The position numbers were made by a program, and so were the translations under genes. A stretch of 62,796 nucleotides of DNA, counting the filler, from Sphacelaria rigidula (Eukaryota): assembly GCA_964200075.2 (NCBI GenBank). It is 5 parts of 5 records of this genome, joined end to end, with 100 filler letters (N's around TTAATTAATTAA, not from the genome) between each part and the next. Parts side by side here need not be neighbours in the genome. Positions count along the whole stretch, not along the records: positions 1 to 12,481 come from CAXNAA020003720.1; 4 more parts are not named here. One strand, 5' to 3'. Positions within the stretch are counted from its first letter, which is position 1. Each line of letters starts with the position of its first letter. The notes under the pieces were generated by a model, which was not told the origin of the DNA, made no database searches, and was given only the letters and a program-made list of their open reading frames with translations. Below, piece by piece: positions 1 to 12,581 of this stretch.

Positions 1-16
1 GTGTGGGGGGGGGGGT

Positions 17-72
<56 letters not shown>
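1..72. repeat. Poly-G tract at contig end
   Basis: Near-pure G run at the start of contig 1; probably an assembly break or low-quality end. Confidence 0.9.
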
Positions 73-106
73 GGTAGGGTAGGTCGGTGCCCATCGAGGA
101 CGCGAA

Positions 107-1774
107 ATGTTCTCCTCAGGCTCGGAGGGTGAGGGCGGCAGATCGTCACGACGTCGTAACCGCACGCGGGTACTGAGCACGGTCAACAGTGATCTCGTAG
201 ATGAGGACGCTAGCGGTGGAGCGGGCCCGGCGAAGGCGTTGTATCCGGTACGGCGCGCGCTTGGTTCGTCCCAGATTTCTGAAATGGGCCAAAATATTGT
301 AACGAGCGATAGTTATCAGAGACAGAGACAGGGCGGTGCAGGTGACTGGGGCGTGGAGGTGGACGTGGAGCCTCCGATCATGACCCCTGCATCGCCCGAT
401 TTTGATCGCATAAGCTCGTTTAAGAACGCAGACCCTTCCAAATCGATTCCTGACGCGGAAGCCCGGCGGAGCAAGGCGCGTAGCCACTCCAAGCGAAGTC
501 GTGGTGGCGGTGGTGGCGGTGGTGGTGGCGGCGGCGGAGGCAGCGGTGGGCGAGACGAAGGGTTCTCCCGGGGACGAGAAAATCATGGGGAGGGGATAGC
601 GGATAGCAGCAATGGTGGTTCCAGTTTAGGGGGCGGTGGCAGCAGCGGCAAAAGGCGTGCCTTGCGCAGGCGTCAATCTAGCTCTGAGGAGACAGTGAGT
701 CCTGTCGACCGGGCGCCAGACTTGCCCCCGCCGCATCGGCCATCTCCTCCGTCTGGTGATTCCCACAGCAGTCGAGGTAACAGGTCACCCGAGAACGACG
801 ACAGCAGGACAGATGTTCGCCAGAAACAGCAAGATCCTGTCGTTGCAGACGTGGAGCTGGACCGCGGAAATCATCGAGAAGTTAACGGCAGCGACACTAG
901 CAGCTCACCGGCAGAGGCCACCCCCTCCCCAGAACAGTTCTCCGATATAACCTCCAGCAGTTATGCTAGCGGATCCGCGCCTACACTCAGCGAGTTGGGT
1001 GGCTTGCCTTCTGTGAGCGATTTCAGTTCGCGAGTCGCGGGCAGCGAGTTCAGTTCTCGGGGGATCCCGGCCAGCGCGTACGATGACAGTGTGTTCGATA
1101 GCGCGTCCACATGGGCAGGGGCCAGCGCGATCAGCGTTGCTTCCACGAACGCACAAAGCAGTGTGTTCAAGACACCCGGGCGAGGGTCCATGCTGGAAGA
1201 TACCCTTACAGCGGTGTCTGAGCACAACACGGAACTGATCACGACGATCACCACGAAGCAGTCCAGCAAAGATTGCATGGGGAGTGGCGAAGGTGGAGGG
1301 GGAGGATGGACGCTTACAGAAAACGGCTGGGTGAAGGGGATGCCACAGTCACTTCCAGAGCCTAGCAGCAGTACCAGCAAAACTGCCACCACGCCGTTCG
1401 GTGGCAGGAGTAGAAAAGCGAGTCCCGGGCACGCGCCCGGAGGCACTGCTGCGCGCCGCGGCAGCCAGCGGCGTAGCCGTTCTGACAGAGAAAACGGCAA
1501 CTCGCAATCGAAACCAAGACATTTGCCGGTGCCCACGTCTACCCCACGGAGGGCGGCAATGTCTCCGCACGGACCGGCAATGGACGCAGCTCTGAGGATG
1601 CTAGAGGACGGCAGCTTGAGGCTAGGAATATTGCCGGAGGAGGGTGGGGGTGGGGCTGATGAGAAGGAGGGCACGGAGCGGGACGTGGCGTATGGTAATC
1701 AGATTGCCGTCCCACCGATGACGTCGCTGGAGCAGCGCAGGCAGCGTGCCAAGGCCTGGGCCAAGTCAAGGTGA
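107..1774 (+). CDS. Ser/Gly/Arg-rich intrinsically disordered protein, probably a large terminal exon of a host gene
   Basis: 555-codon GC-rich ORF with poly-Gly and Ser-rich tracts. It ends in a helical tail (SLEQRRQRAKAWAKSR*), after which composition shifts to AT-richer, UTR-like sequence. The true 5' boundary is uncertain: there is an in-frame TAG at 80-82 next to the poly-G. Confidence 0.7.
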   Translation: MFSSGSEGEGGRSSRRRNRTRVLSTVNSDLVDEDASGGAGPAKALYPVRRALGSSQISEMGQNIVTSDSYQRQRQGGAGDWGVEVDVEPPIMTPASPDFDRISSFKNADPSKSIPDAEARRSKARSHSKRSRGGGGGGGGGGGGGSGGRDEGFSRGRENHGEGIADSSNGGSSLGGGGSSGKRRALRRRQSSSEETVSPVDRAPDLPPPHRPSPPSGDSHSSRGNRSPENDDSRTDVRQKQQDPVVADVELDRGNHREVNGSDTSSSPAEATPSPEQFSDITSSSYASGSAPTLSELGGLPSVSDFSSRVAGSEFSSRGIPASAYDDSVFDSASTWAGASAISVASTNAQSSVFKTPGRGSMLEDTLTAVSEHNTELITTITTKQSSKDCMGSGEGGGGGWTLTENGWVKGMPQSLPEPSSSTSKTATTPFGGRSRKASPGHAPGGTAARRGSQRRSRSDRENGNSQSKPRHLPVPTSTPRRAAMSPHGPAMDAALRMLEDGSLRLGILPEEGGGGADEKEGTERDVAYGNQIAVPPMTSLEQRRQRAKAWAKSR

Positions 1775-3189
1775 AAGTTCTTAGTTGTTTCGAACTTATC
1801 GAATATTTTGAAAAGTCCATCGTGTCTCACACCTTCGATTATCTTGTTCGGCCAAGGGTACCTGTAGATGCTGCTGTCTGTCGTGAAGTCTGTTACGGTA
1901 TGGTTGTGTGTGTGTGCTGGTGGAACTGTACACTACTGCGAAGATGACGTGGGATCAGGAGCGCACAAGAGCACGGTTCTATCTTGCCTGTTTTTATCGT
2001 CGCTGCATATTGTTGCGGCAACGGCTGCGGCCTCTCTCCCTACTGCATGCAGATCTGAGTATCATACACATATACTCCCCCACAGTGTCCAGTACACTCA
2101 GTACTCAGTACAGTACTGTCTATCCCATTTTCAACGATACTCTTTTGGATACCACGATACTCCACGCGAGCCGCAAGCAAGGAGGTCTATTCAACGTCCA
2201 TCTCCTCTCCGGACTGTTACCCTGCACCCCACCGTACAGACAAATTGTGTCGTGTTGAGAACGCGGCATCCCTGGATGCTACGTTATCTCATGCATCACA
2301 CATCACTTGACGTCTGTGACCTGTACTGACTGTACTGCACATATTTTTTTTTATCATGCTCTCGTTGTTTTAGCCGCAATGAAAGTCGCGCGTGGCCTCG
2401 TGGGGGTAAAACTACGTTTCCAAGCTTTGCCGTGTTTCCCATTAAGTGTTTCGGTACCCCTTGCTAAATGCATGCTTTCAAGGGTTGTTCCACAAAGTTG
2501 TCCGAGGCTCGCCTTCACAATCATCCTGTATTCCCCCTATATTACTCTGGCAGAGTCGCATGGCAGCAGCAGACGACAGTATGCGTATGCGAAGTGCCGT
2601 CAGAACACGTCAAGAGAGATTGGGCGAATATACCGTCCTCTGGATCATTTATTTGTTTATCTCAAAGGCTATTCGCCATTTGCTCTGTCTACAAAAGCCC
2701 CTATCATAGCCCCTGACTCTCCACCCCTCGGCATATCGACCCTGTTGATCTCTCGCCACCGTGCACGTGACGGCAATTTTTGGCAACGTGCCATATCCAA
2801 TATACGTCAACGCGGCCGGCCTGCGACCTTTTCTGTTCTAAGTTGGGGACCTGGTTGCGTCTGTATGTAATGTGTACAGAAGTTGTTTTCGCCTTCGTTT
2901 TGTTCCGTTCTGTTGTTTTGTATCGTCTTCTTTGCAGGTTGTCGGATCCTGTACTACTGTATACACAATATATCCGCCCCCCAAAATATACAACCGACCG
3001 TGCCGATTGCACGGTCTGGTACCGACCAACCGAAATTTCGTGCTTGAACGTTCACTGACATTGATAGTTGATACTATACCCCATAATTGCATGCGCGATC
3101 CCTATCCTACACTTCAGATCTGTAAGGTAGTGTTCCAGGACGTGCCGTTGGAGCATCGTGTGGAGATCCTTGTTCCTGTCGCGTGTTGA

Positions 3190-3307
3190 CCCTTTTGGAA
3201 CCCACTGACGATTTTTGTTTTTGTGAATCGGCATCATTTTGACTTGAAAATGACCGAAAACAATGCCGATTCTCAAAAACAAAAATCGTCAATGGGTTCC
3301 AAAAGGG
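3190..3307. mobile_element. 118-bp piggyBac-like MITE (near-perfect hairpin)
   Basis: CCCTTTTGGAACCCACTGACGATTTTTGTTTTTG... pairs with ...CAAAAACAAAAATCGTCAATGGGTTCCAAAAGGG. CCC/GGG termini are flanked by TTGA and TTAA. Confidence 0.8.
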
Positions 3308-5559
3308 TTAAACCAGTCGTATGGACGGTGCCTGGGTTAGCTACGAAATGCCCCCTTGAGTAACTGCCGTTTGTGTATGGTGCGGAGTAGCTGCTGCACC
3401 GGTGCTACGTACTCCTGTGCCGTGCTATGCTGTGCTGTACTGCAACCCGAACGTGCTGAAATGTTGGTTGTAATATACTTCGCCTTACTCCGGAATGTCT
3501 ATGTTTCTGCGGCTCTCAAGTTCTTTCTGCACTCTTAGCGCTATCTGTGATCGCCAGTTATTCAGCTCTAGTCCCCTTTTGACGTTTGCTGTGAGGGGCG
3601 CCTCATTTTCCCACCAGAACGTGGTCCATGCCTCTTATTATCTGACGACATGAAGGACAGTAATTTGCTCCTCTACTATCGCTCAGTCAGGGTGTTGGGC
3701 GGTGACAATGCGATGTGCCTACAATGAACATAACGTGTACCACGAAGGTACAGGGCACTGCAGTTACAGTGTAAACGGCACGAGGGAAACCGGCAGGGTA
3801 CTGCGCTGTTGGGTATTTTTGTTGTGAGCTTAGCCCGCCTATCGTGTAGCGTGTAGGGGAAGAGGATGGACTACTTTCGTGGTCCTTCGTTCGTTGTACC
3901 GTCACATCGGAATTTCAAACGGTTGATGATGTCATGTTCTCTCAGTACCTTGTAAATACGTGGATCCACACGTGTTCGATGTTTCGAGTCGAAAGTCACA
4001 GGTTCGAATACTCGTGTTGTAGCGGATGCTGGCCAAGCGATGATGATCCGAGATGGGCCTCGCGAGCCCCTCTCAGACTCTCCGATGGTGTATCATTTGG
4101 GGCTAGAGAGTTCTTTCGAGGAAATGTGATGTCTGCCGACTCCACAATTGAGCCCGCCCCGCAGTGAACCGGTGATCTTGCGAGGTTTTTCGCCCAAACC
4201 GTTTGACAGCGAATTACCGACCTAGACCTGCAAGGTGGGTGGGAAGGTGTTCTTAGATGTTGTCAACATGACGCCGGAGAAGCTGAACTATCCACTGGGA
4301 TCTTCGCTTTTTTTGAAGTATCTCAATCTCGAGGTTCCGGATATCATTTTACTGTACACTGCTCTTGAAATACTGAAAATACTCTTGAATAAAAACCGGG
4401 AACGTCGAGTTTGAGAGATACCTCCAAGAAGGCAAGAAAAGTTATTCGCAGCCATCTAGGTTTTCATGTACACCGGATCGCGAGCAGAGCCTAAGTCTTA
4501 CAGAGAAGTTGTCGGCAATCGTCTCTGCTGTGGCTCTGTGCGGCTAGCTTTTCGTCTCAACCACTTGACCGCTGAGGGTGGGTCATCTCGTTCTCCTCAC
4601 ATTTCAATTGTAGGTTACTGACTTTTCGAAATATGATGTACCCTGACTGTTGAAAGACGCCAGAGCACGATGCCATGCTGGCTGGCTCATATCGTCGAGT
4701 TGAAAGTAGACAGCGAGAGTGGGTCATATGTTGAATCGGCATCAATATCACTTGAAAAAATAATCGCATGACCCAAATGTACATCATCGGGAAAGGCATT
4801 TCTACACGCGGCAGCACCTCATGGGCTCAACTAGGACCTTCCTCCCCATGTTTTGTTCCATCTCTATCTTTGACCTTTTGTGAGATGATATCTAAGTACC
4901 GTCAACCATTTTGAATGTTCACAGAATAACCGTATTTCCTTATGTCGCTCTCACGGACTTGCGAGCATAGAAAACATCTACAGCGAGAGCTGTTGTACGT
5001 TCACTCAAAACCAGAATACCGAGAGCGCTCCATGATGAGTTGATCGATGAATGCTATCACAGCTACTGTTGTTTGATATCCATACTCGTACCAATCCAGC
5101 GGTGGTCACGAACGATTATGCCCTGGATAATTAGGAATACCGACAATATCGATTTTGATATACCTGTTATAGTAGATACATCTCAAACTGGAGGTTCCCG
5201 GTATGTCAATTACCATAACAGTGTAACACACTTGCAACGTCTAGTTCGAGAGAACGAGCGAACGAAGTCCGAACTTTGACGATGATGTAAGTGGCATGGA
5301 GCATCCCCCGACCATGAGGCATGCGTTGAATTACTTGTGCTTTGTCTTGGCGGTGCGTCGCTGAGTTGTTGTTGTTGTCTTCACATTAAAAACCGTTCCG
5401 ATATCTGCGCGGTACATTTGTACTGGGCATCTGATGCGAACGTCTTCCGTGGTCACAGGCTAGCAAAAGCTGGGTGCGAAGTAGTACTTCTGCCTCGGAG
5501 AAATGACGAAAAGCAACAGTCGGAGCCCACAAAATGGCATTGTCCGGTCATCATATAAA

Positions 5560-6350
5560 TAATCCCAAAAGTCTCAATTCGCTGTACGAATAGAGGGTTG
5601 TGTGGGCAGGGTCGCAGCCATTCTTTGGCAGTGGCACAAACTTGCGTACGTTTTCAGCGAGATGTCGGCCGCTCTGGGCTTGGTCTTGTCCGGTGTTATG
5701 CTAGCCATTGTGCCGCAGTTGTCCCCGAGTGCTCCGTGTTGTTCGTTCATGGAGAAGTTCAGCTTTTGTCGGTACAGGGATACTGGTACCGACAAAACCC
5801 TCAAAATGCCACCGGTAGAAGCTCAGTAGGGCCCTCTTATTCATCGGAAGACATGTGGTCAGCAAGGGTTGGTGTTTCCGACTACAAAATCTTGGGCATG
5901 ACCCAAAGGAGAGCATGTGCCGGGATCCGCGATGGTGCTTATGCGGGGTTGCTGTGGTGAAGACGAGCGCGAAAACATTCCGAAAAACTGAAGAGGCCGG
6001 AGTTTTGGTGACGGTGACCCTGACCACCAGCCACTACATCTCTCCGCAGTGTGAGGCGGGCTGACGCGAGCTTGGCGGCATAAATATATATTCCAACAGA
6101 TACCTTGTTTCCATCAAATCTTAACCTGGACGCCGACCCAAGGCAGACGAACAAGCCTTGAGCAAGCGAGGCCTGGAGTGTGTCCTAAAGCGGTGCAGAT
6201 TTGAGCCACGATGCGTTCTCTGAGCTGTCCCGAAAGATATGGAACATGCGATGATTCATCCGAGACGCGAGTTAGTTTCAAAGCGCTCAACTTTTCAAGT
6301 ATTTACATTCTTCCAGCTTGCACCTCAACGGGAAGTGCTGCCTAGAGGTT
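5560..6350 (-). pseudogene. Decayed non-LTR retrotransposon C-terminal remnant (possibly CRE/RLE-type)
   Basis: Broken minus-strand frames include ...CPRFCSRKHQPLL..., which resembles the zinc-knuckle/HQPLL region I recall from abundant brown algal retroelement ORFs. Multiple stops; boundaries approximate. Confidence 0.35.
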
Positions 6351-6553
6351 GTTGTTCACGGGTATACATGAACTCAAAATGGGATGTCCGACCTTCGGGG
6401 TAGGGTCATCCCTGCCTCCGCATGTTGTCTTGAAGTGATGATGCCGCTTTAGCAGATGGCCCATCCTTGGGTAGGCTTGAAATTCGAGCGAAGGAAGGAC
6501 GAGAACGAGGGAAAGAACAGAAAAGCAGAGAGGAGTCACCTCGATCGGGTAAA

Positions 6554-6671
6554 CCCTTCGACCGCCGGTGGTGTTTTTTACTTTGATTAACTTTGCATCA
6601 TCAATTTACGCCTTTTTTTCAAGTGAAAACGATGCCGGTTCCACAAATGAACACCTCCGGCTATTAAAGGG
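6554..6671. mobile_element. 118-bp piggyBac-like MITE, degenerate
   Basis: TAAA|CCCTTCGACCGCCGGTGGTGTT...AACACCTCCGGCTATTAAAGGG|TTAA. Same length as 3190-3307 and carries a related ATGCCG(A/G)TTC motif. Confidence 0.6.
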
Positions 6672-7587
6672 TTAAGTTCACCCGACCTTCAAGAGTGGAA
6701 CGGACAAGAACGACCACGATCACAAGCACCAATACTGAGAGCAAAAGCATAAGATACGAGAGAGTACTCTGCCGAAGGTGAGAGCCACAAGTCGTGGGAC
6801 TCCGCCGTCTGTCTTTGGACTCATGCAGGGTCCCATTCCTGGCCGTGATTCTTATTACCAAGTGCCGAGTGTACAGGTCGAGGGTTCAAGGGCGTCGGTC
6901 AGGGTCACCCACCGACAGTGGAGGGGTGAAACAACCAGCGACTTCATAAGTTGAATTTTCTTACTTTCACGATTGCACCTGTCGGGTGATGAGCGGTATG
7001 GTGATGCCCACTGAAGTTTTGCGCCAGTGCGCGATGAGGCTGGTGTCGAGCTTGGCCGGACAGGTGTATGGCATGCCGGTCACGTGCCACTTACTCTTGC
7101 AACAGGTTTTGAACTATTTCACCCGCGTAAGAGATGCCCCGGCTACAAAATCCAGGGTAGTGCACCCCCCACCTCGTTTGGCAAAGGAAAGTAACAGCCG
7201 TTCGCCCGAAGAGAGCCCAACCCGCGTATCTGAAGAGTGCAACCCGCTCTTCCTTGTGGGCCGTTTTGGCTCCTGGATCTTCGGCATTACAACTCTCCAT
7301 CGCGTCCCTTTACGCTAACGCTGTCACACCAAAGCGGCGGAAAACGCGAATAAATCCCGCAGACAATCATCATACAAAATCAATCATAAAGGATAATGAA
7401 AGCAGTAGTGAGTGAGGGTAAGAGTACGGAGACTATAAACACGGACCAAGTCATCAGTAGGTACAAGATGATGTTGACGCCCCTGTGGTGCCTGCGTGTC
7501 TTTTCGCCGTCTTCCTCCTCCTCCTCTCCTTTCCCTCGAACAAACAAAAGGGCCGGCGGAGACTCTCACCTGCTACGCACAGGAGCC

Positions 7588-10053
7588 ATGCCTGCCTTGG
7601 ATGAACACGGCAAAGAGGTGCGCAAAAGATCGCCGGTGTTCTCCAGCTCCGGCTCCGAGAGTGAAATTGCAAGTTCGAGCGGAACGACTCCCGCGAGATC
7701 TCGCACGTCGTCCCGTAGCTCAACCCGCACAACCCCAGCAAGATCCCGCACAAACTCCCGTGGATCTTTGGGAATCGTTACACCAGGCCGATCGCGAGCG
7801 GCCCGAAATTCCGCCCGTGGTCTGCCGCCACAACGAGGCACCGCCAAAAACAGGGGTGGTATTGGCGGGGGTGGTCCTGTACCCCGCGATCATCGCCGCT
7901 CGCCGCCTTCCGAAAACAGTAGTGGAGATGGTAAAAGCTACCGGCGGACGAGTTCTGGTAGTTCAGGGGGGGGAAAGAGCAGCAGCGGTAGTCGCCGCGA
8001 TCCAGAAAAAGGCGGGAAAGGGGGGCGCACCGAGCATGCTCGGCGGGTGTCGGCGCCGCACTCCTCGTCCTCGTCCAAGAGTGCAGCGAATGGGGACGGA
8101 GAGGGCAGCGGGGTCTCAGGGGTGGTGGGTGAGCGTGATGAGGCGCAAAGCGCAGAAGGCATGATGAAGCACAAGAAAGGACTGTACAAGCAGAGCGCAA
8201 CCACCGCCAAGAGCATGCCGAACATGGCTGACATGCTCGTGGCGCCGCTCTCACGGCCGATCCCAACGGACTCCGTGGGTTATTGGTACAACAATGGACA
8301 GGACACAGAACAATCGTCGCGCTCGCGTTCACGATCTCAATCTGCGACCGACTGCGAAACTTCGCCGGTGCATGTGGCTGGCAGTGGACAGCCATCACGG
8401 AGCAGGCGGCAGAACGGAGCTCGACCGCTGTCGTATGTCAGCAAAACGACGGGGGCGCGTTCGAACACTCATCCGCACTCTCTTCAGCTAGACGAACATG
8501 CCAATGAGGGGATGCACGACGACGCGCGAGAGGCGCGGTTGCCGTCGCCGCCTCCTCCGACTGCGCTGGTTCGAGGAAGCAGTACCCCCGGCAAGCAGCC
8601 CAAGTCGGGGGCGAAGGTCGGAAGGCATCACCGGCGCAAATCGAGCGGGCAGCAGTCAGAGGAGGACTTGTTGGCGCTGTCGAGGTCGCACCGCGCCGCG
8701 GCGCGAGATCGGCTGAACGGAGCGTCTTCCGCTCTGCCGTCCACGTCTAAACGGTACCAGTCACCACCGCGTGAAAGTGACAAAGTGAAGGTCAGCGCCA
8801 GGCACACGAAATCCGGCGGCCGAGAACGGAAGTCCAAGCATGGCCGGCATTCCGCGACCAAAAGTAAGGAAAAAGACAGCAGGACGAGTGGCGACGATGG
8901 CTGGAAGTGGTCTGCAAACGACAATCCGGAGCCCACGAATATCTCAGGGCAGCCAGACGATTCTGCGACCGGGGGGCGTGCCAGAGAGGACGCAGGAAAC
9001 ACTGCTTCGCATAATGAGAGGAACCGTACGAAACTGCGCGGCGGTGTCAGTGCCGAGGGCAGCAACGGCGCTGGACCCCGGCAGGCCTCGGAGAAGACGA
9101 GAGTCGCCCCCAGGGAAAGCCTCGAGAACGACGTCGCTCTGAACGCGAGAAAAGCAGCGGCGAAGTGGCAACGTGTGGCGTCTATGGGGGAGGCCGGGGT
9201 AGCGGCGGACGCGTCGGCTGCTGTCACGAACGCCGCCGTAATCCGCACGCGACGGACGGCGGAAGCCAAGGCCGCCGAAGCGGCCGCCGCGCTGAAAGCC
9301 CGAGAAGAGGCCGATGCGAAGGTGGCCGAGGCGGCGGAGAAGCTGGCCGCGGCGAAAGCGGCGGCGATGGCCATGTCCCGAGCGTCTCCGATGGCGGCGA
9401 AGGCCGTGACTAAGGCGGCGGCCCCGGTCACCGCCACGGCCAAGCGCACCGAAGCAAAGGAGGAGGTGGGGGCGAGACCAGGAATAGTGGTACTGGACGA
9501 TAAGTCGGTGCCGGTGGTGAGGTCACAATTGCCCCTTGTGAAGAAGGCGGTGTCGAAGGCAACCGCACCGTCGGAACCGGGGCAGCCGTTGCCGATAACC
9601 GCAGCGGCAGCAGCAGCGACCACGACCGGTGACAGTGTTGTGGTCGAGGGTGACAATATAGCAGATGAGAGCGCCGCGGTGTCGGTACACTCTGATGTCC
9701 CGCATGTGTCGGCTTCGTCGCCACCGCGTCGAAAGAGCGGGGAGCGTGAGCTGGGATGGTCTGAGATGGCCGCGCTGGCGACAGCGCAGGCAAAGGCGGC
9801 TAGGGAAGCCCGCCAAGCGAACGATGAGCCACTTGGAAGGTCAGATTCGGCGGAAATGTTGTCGGATTCTAGCGGTGAGGAGGAGGACGATGTGGTAGAG
9901 GGGCAATATGTCGGGAATGGGCGAGGCGTGGAGCATGGAAGCGATAGCGGGTTTCACGAGAGGGAGGGTAGGGAGACGAGCGAGGAGATGTATCTTGTGC
10001 GGCATTCTGGAGACGAACAGCACGATCGACATCGAGCATTTATTATGCACGAG
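7588..10053 (+). CDS. Large exon of a disordered Ser/Arg/Ala-rich protein leading into an ankyrin-like repeat
   Basis: Part of ORF 7396-10248. Likely ATG at 7588 (GAGCCATG, just after a CACAG acceptor-like site). Contains an Ala-rich coiled segment. Donor GAG|GTAATT at 10053/10054, after which the ORF reads like intron. Confidence 0.75.
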
Positions 10054-10848
10054 GTAATTTGTTCTTTTATCGCGGCACTGCACCGCGGTGAAGAGTGTTG
10101 TGATATATTTTTCTGCGGTTTCGTCGCACAAGTTACCGTTGTAATGGGTACAAGACGATCGCCCAGCAGCTCTAGTGAAAAGGTTGGGTCAGGGGATGGC
10201 AATGCTTGGGATGGTGTGGATTGCATGACGGGTGCCAGTGCTGCGTAGTCCACCGTACCTAAGATGGCTGTATTCCAAGAAGAGAAGAAAACCCCACGAG
10301 CTACACGCTCGGACAAGATATCGCTCTTTCCCAAAAAAACAATGCCGGCCGTGCACTTACGTGCAGCTGTGCAAACTTTCAACGGCAGTGGGCACCGCAG
10401 CTCGTCAAGGCGGAGTCAACTTCGGACATATTCCGTCGTAGGAGGTGTTGGATACCACCCTGTCGTCTCTGACGGTAGTACAATAGCGGCGTCGGGTTCA
10501 TTCGATTTGTTTGCGCCCTTCATCCGTCCGAAAGATTTCATTTTGAAAGTATCCAGGGCAGGGCTTCATGTGATGGACGGGACACTTTTACCCATTTTGT
10601 GTGTCAGCTGTTGAATTAAACGCCCCACAGGTAGGGTAGACCCCGTGTACCGTGCACGATCGAAATAGTTTTGGTGATACATGAAACAGATTTCTCGTTT
10701 CTCTTCTTATTTTTTGCGTCGGCGGCGAGATTCACACGTGAAGAACCTACCACACAATGTCGCCCCCCTCCCCCACGGTGTGATGCTGCTTTTATTATTT
10801 TTATTCTGCTCGCGTGTCGTTTGATGCTGGTATGCTGCTATGCAACAG

Positions 10849-10956
10849 GCGGTGTACGATGACGACGTGGATCTGTTGGGATTATTGCTGGACCACGCAC
10901 TCGCTGCTCAAGAAGAGGAAGAGGAAGCGATCAACAACGGGGAGCTCGAACCTCAG
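10849..10956 (+). CDS. Next exon of the same gene (AVYDDDVDLLGLLLDHALAAQEEEEEAINNGELEPQ)
   Basis: CAACAG|GCG acceptor, CAG|GTAGGG donor, 108 nt, phase 0-0. The spliced junction gives IMHEAVYDDDVDLLGLLLDH, an ankyrin-like helix-turn-helix. Confidence 0.7.
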
Positions 10957-11211
10957 GTAGGGTAACACTTTCAGCACACACATGTGAGAGGCGAAAATAA
11001 AACCGTATAAGAAAAACGTGGTGAAAACAGGTGACATGAATACAGAACAGAAACGGAAGAAGGCGGGGGGGACAGCGATGCAATGGGCCCCCATGACGCG
11101 CGCGCGCGCGTGTGTGTGTGCTCCCGTTCATGTCCAGCTGTGCTCACGGCCGACTTTTTCGAAAGTCAATATGCATCCGTTCCGATGCTGCTCCTGCACA
11201 GTGAAGCAAGT

Positions 11212-11354
11212 CAAACCTTGAGAACAAGAGATGGCATTTTGTCAAAAAGTGTACTGCGTACAATGTAGCATGTGTTGTCTATTGCAATAGGCGTAATTGT
11301 CCAAAGCTTCACGCAGTACACTTTTCGACAGTGTCATCCATTGTCCAGGCTGTG
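11212..11354. mobile_element. Degenerate short MITE of the CACACCCTGGACAA TIR family
   Basis: Right end TTGTCCAGGCTGTG. Internal inverted pair AAAAGTGTACTGCGT/ACGCAGTACACTTTT. Shares TTGCAATAGG with 54153-54410. No clear TSD. Confidence 0.45.
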
Positions 11355-12481
11355 ACATAGATTTGTTGACAATCATCGCGATCAGAGAGGTGGCTACTGT
11401 ACTGTAACACTAAATAAGTCGACAATGAATGAGGGAAAGAAGAAAGACGGGCAGAAAAGTGTAGGGGAAAAGAGCATTTTTTTTGGAGACCATCGAAAGG
11501 CCTTTTGCGCCCTCACCTCACACCTCACAAGTCTCATTTTCGAACCGGACGGCGAAATCGGAAGAAATTACATATGGCTCATCCTCAAACCGGTTGGGTT
11601 ACATGGGTGCCTGGAGAAAAGACATGAGTGCAATGCTATCGTGCGAAGAACCTGGGGGAAAATCCTTCACCTGCGTGCTCACGTGTGGTGTAGATGAAAC
11701 AACACTGAAGCATGGGAGCTTGCACAACTGGGAGGGGGGGGGGCGTACTCATTTGCTGCTTGCCTTAGTCGTTTGACCATGGACCACGAGCGGAGGGGGG
11801 GGGGGGGGGGGGGCACACGTTTCATGTTTGACGCAAAAATGTGTTGATACACTACATATAACCGCATGTTGCGAAAAAGATACGGAACTGGAGCGATCAG
11901 TTCCCAACACCAAGATGTTTTTTTTTGTCACAGTGCGTTTTTCGAAAAAAGAACGGTGGAGGATGACAATCGTGTCAGACCTCTCCATGACCGATTCACA
12001 CGACCACGTTTGGGAACTGTGTAAGGGACAGCTTGGCGGAACCAGCGAGCGAAGGTAGGCGCTGCTCCTCGCAGCCCCTACCCTCACAGGATAAGGGTTA
12101 GGTACAGTACAGGAGTAGTCAAACGAAGCAGGGTCATTATGCAAATCACATCTCGCGAGAGAGAGGCTAGTATATAGCCACCGGTAGAGTTTGTGTGAGA
12201 AAACAACACATTACACGTGTACGTACAAATACCAATGCTCCCCACCCCCCCACCCCTATTTGGAAGAAAGATAATGAGCGCCCAAATGTTGAAGGTGTTT
12301 TTTATTGGAGTAGGAAAGGTACTTCGCGTCGAAAGCCACGCGTGGTCAGTCATCGAACGACTAAGGAAGCAAAATATGAATACGCCCCCCCCCCCCCCCC
12401 CCCCCCACACGCCCCCTCCCTTCCTTTTTCTCTCCTCCTTCCTCCCGCCCCCCAACCCCAACACCAACAAATATGCAGCTC

Positions 12482-12581
12482 NNNNNNNNNNNNNNNNNNN
12501 NNNNNNNNNNNNNNNNNNNNNNNNNTTAATTAATTAANNNNNNNNNNNNNNNNNNNNNNNNNNNNNNNNNNNNNNNNNNNN
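12482..12581. other. Artificial contig-join linker
   Basis: N44-TTAATTAATTAA-N44, exactly 100 nt. Confidence 0.98.

Noticed and set aside
8628-9656. Long antisense ORFs opposite GC-rich exons (also 961-1674, 49290-49733, 56666-57202)
   Set aside because: These are shadow ORFs expected from GC-rich or repetitive coding sequence on the other strand.
12526-12537. Conserved TTAATTAATTAA motif recurring every ~12.58 kb
   Set aside because: It is centred in N-padding of fixed length, so it is an artificial linker and not biological periodicity.
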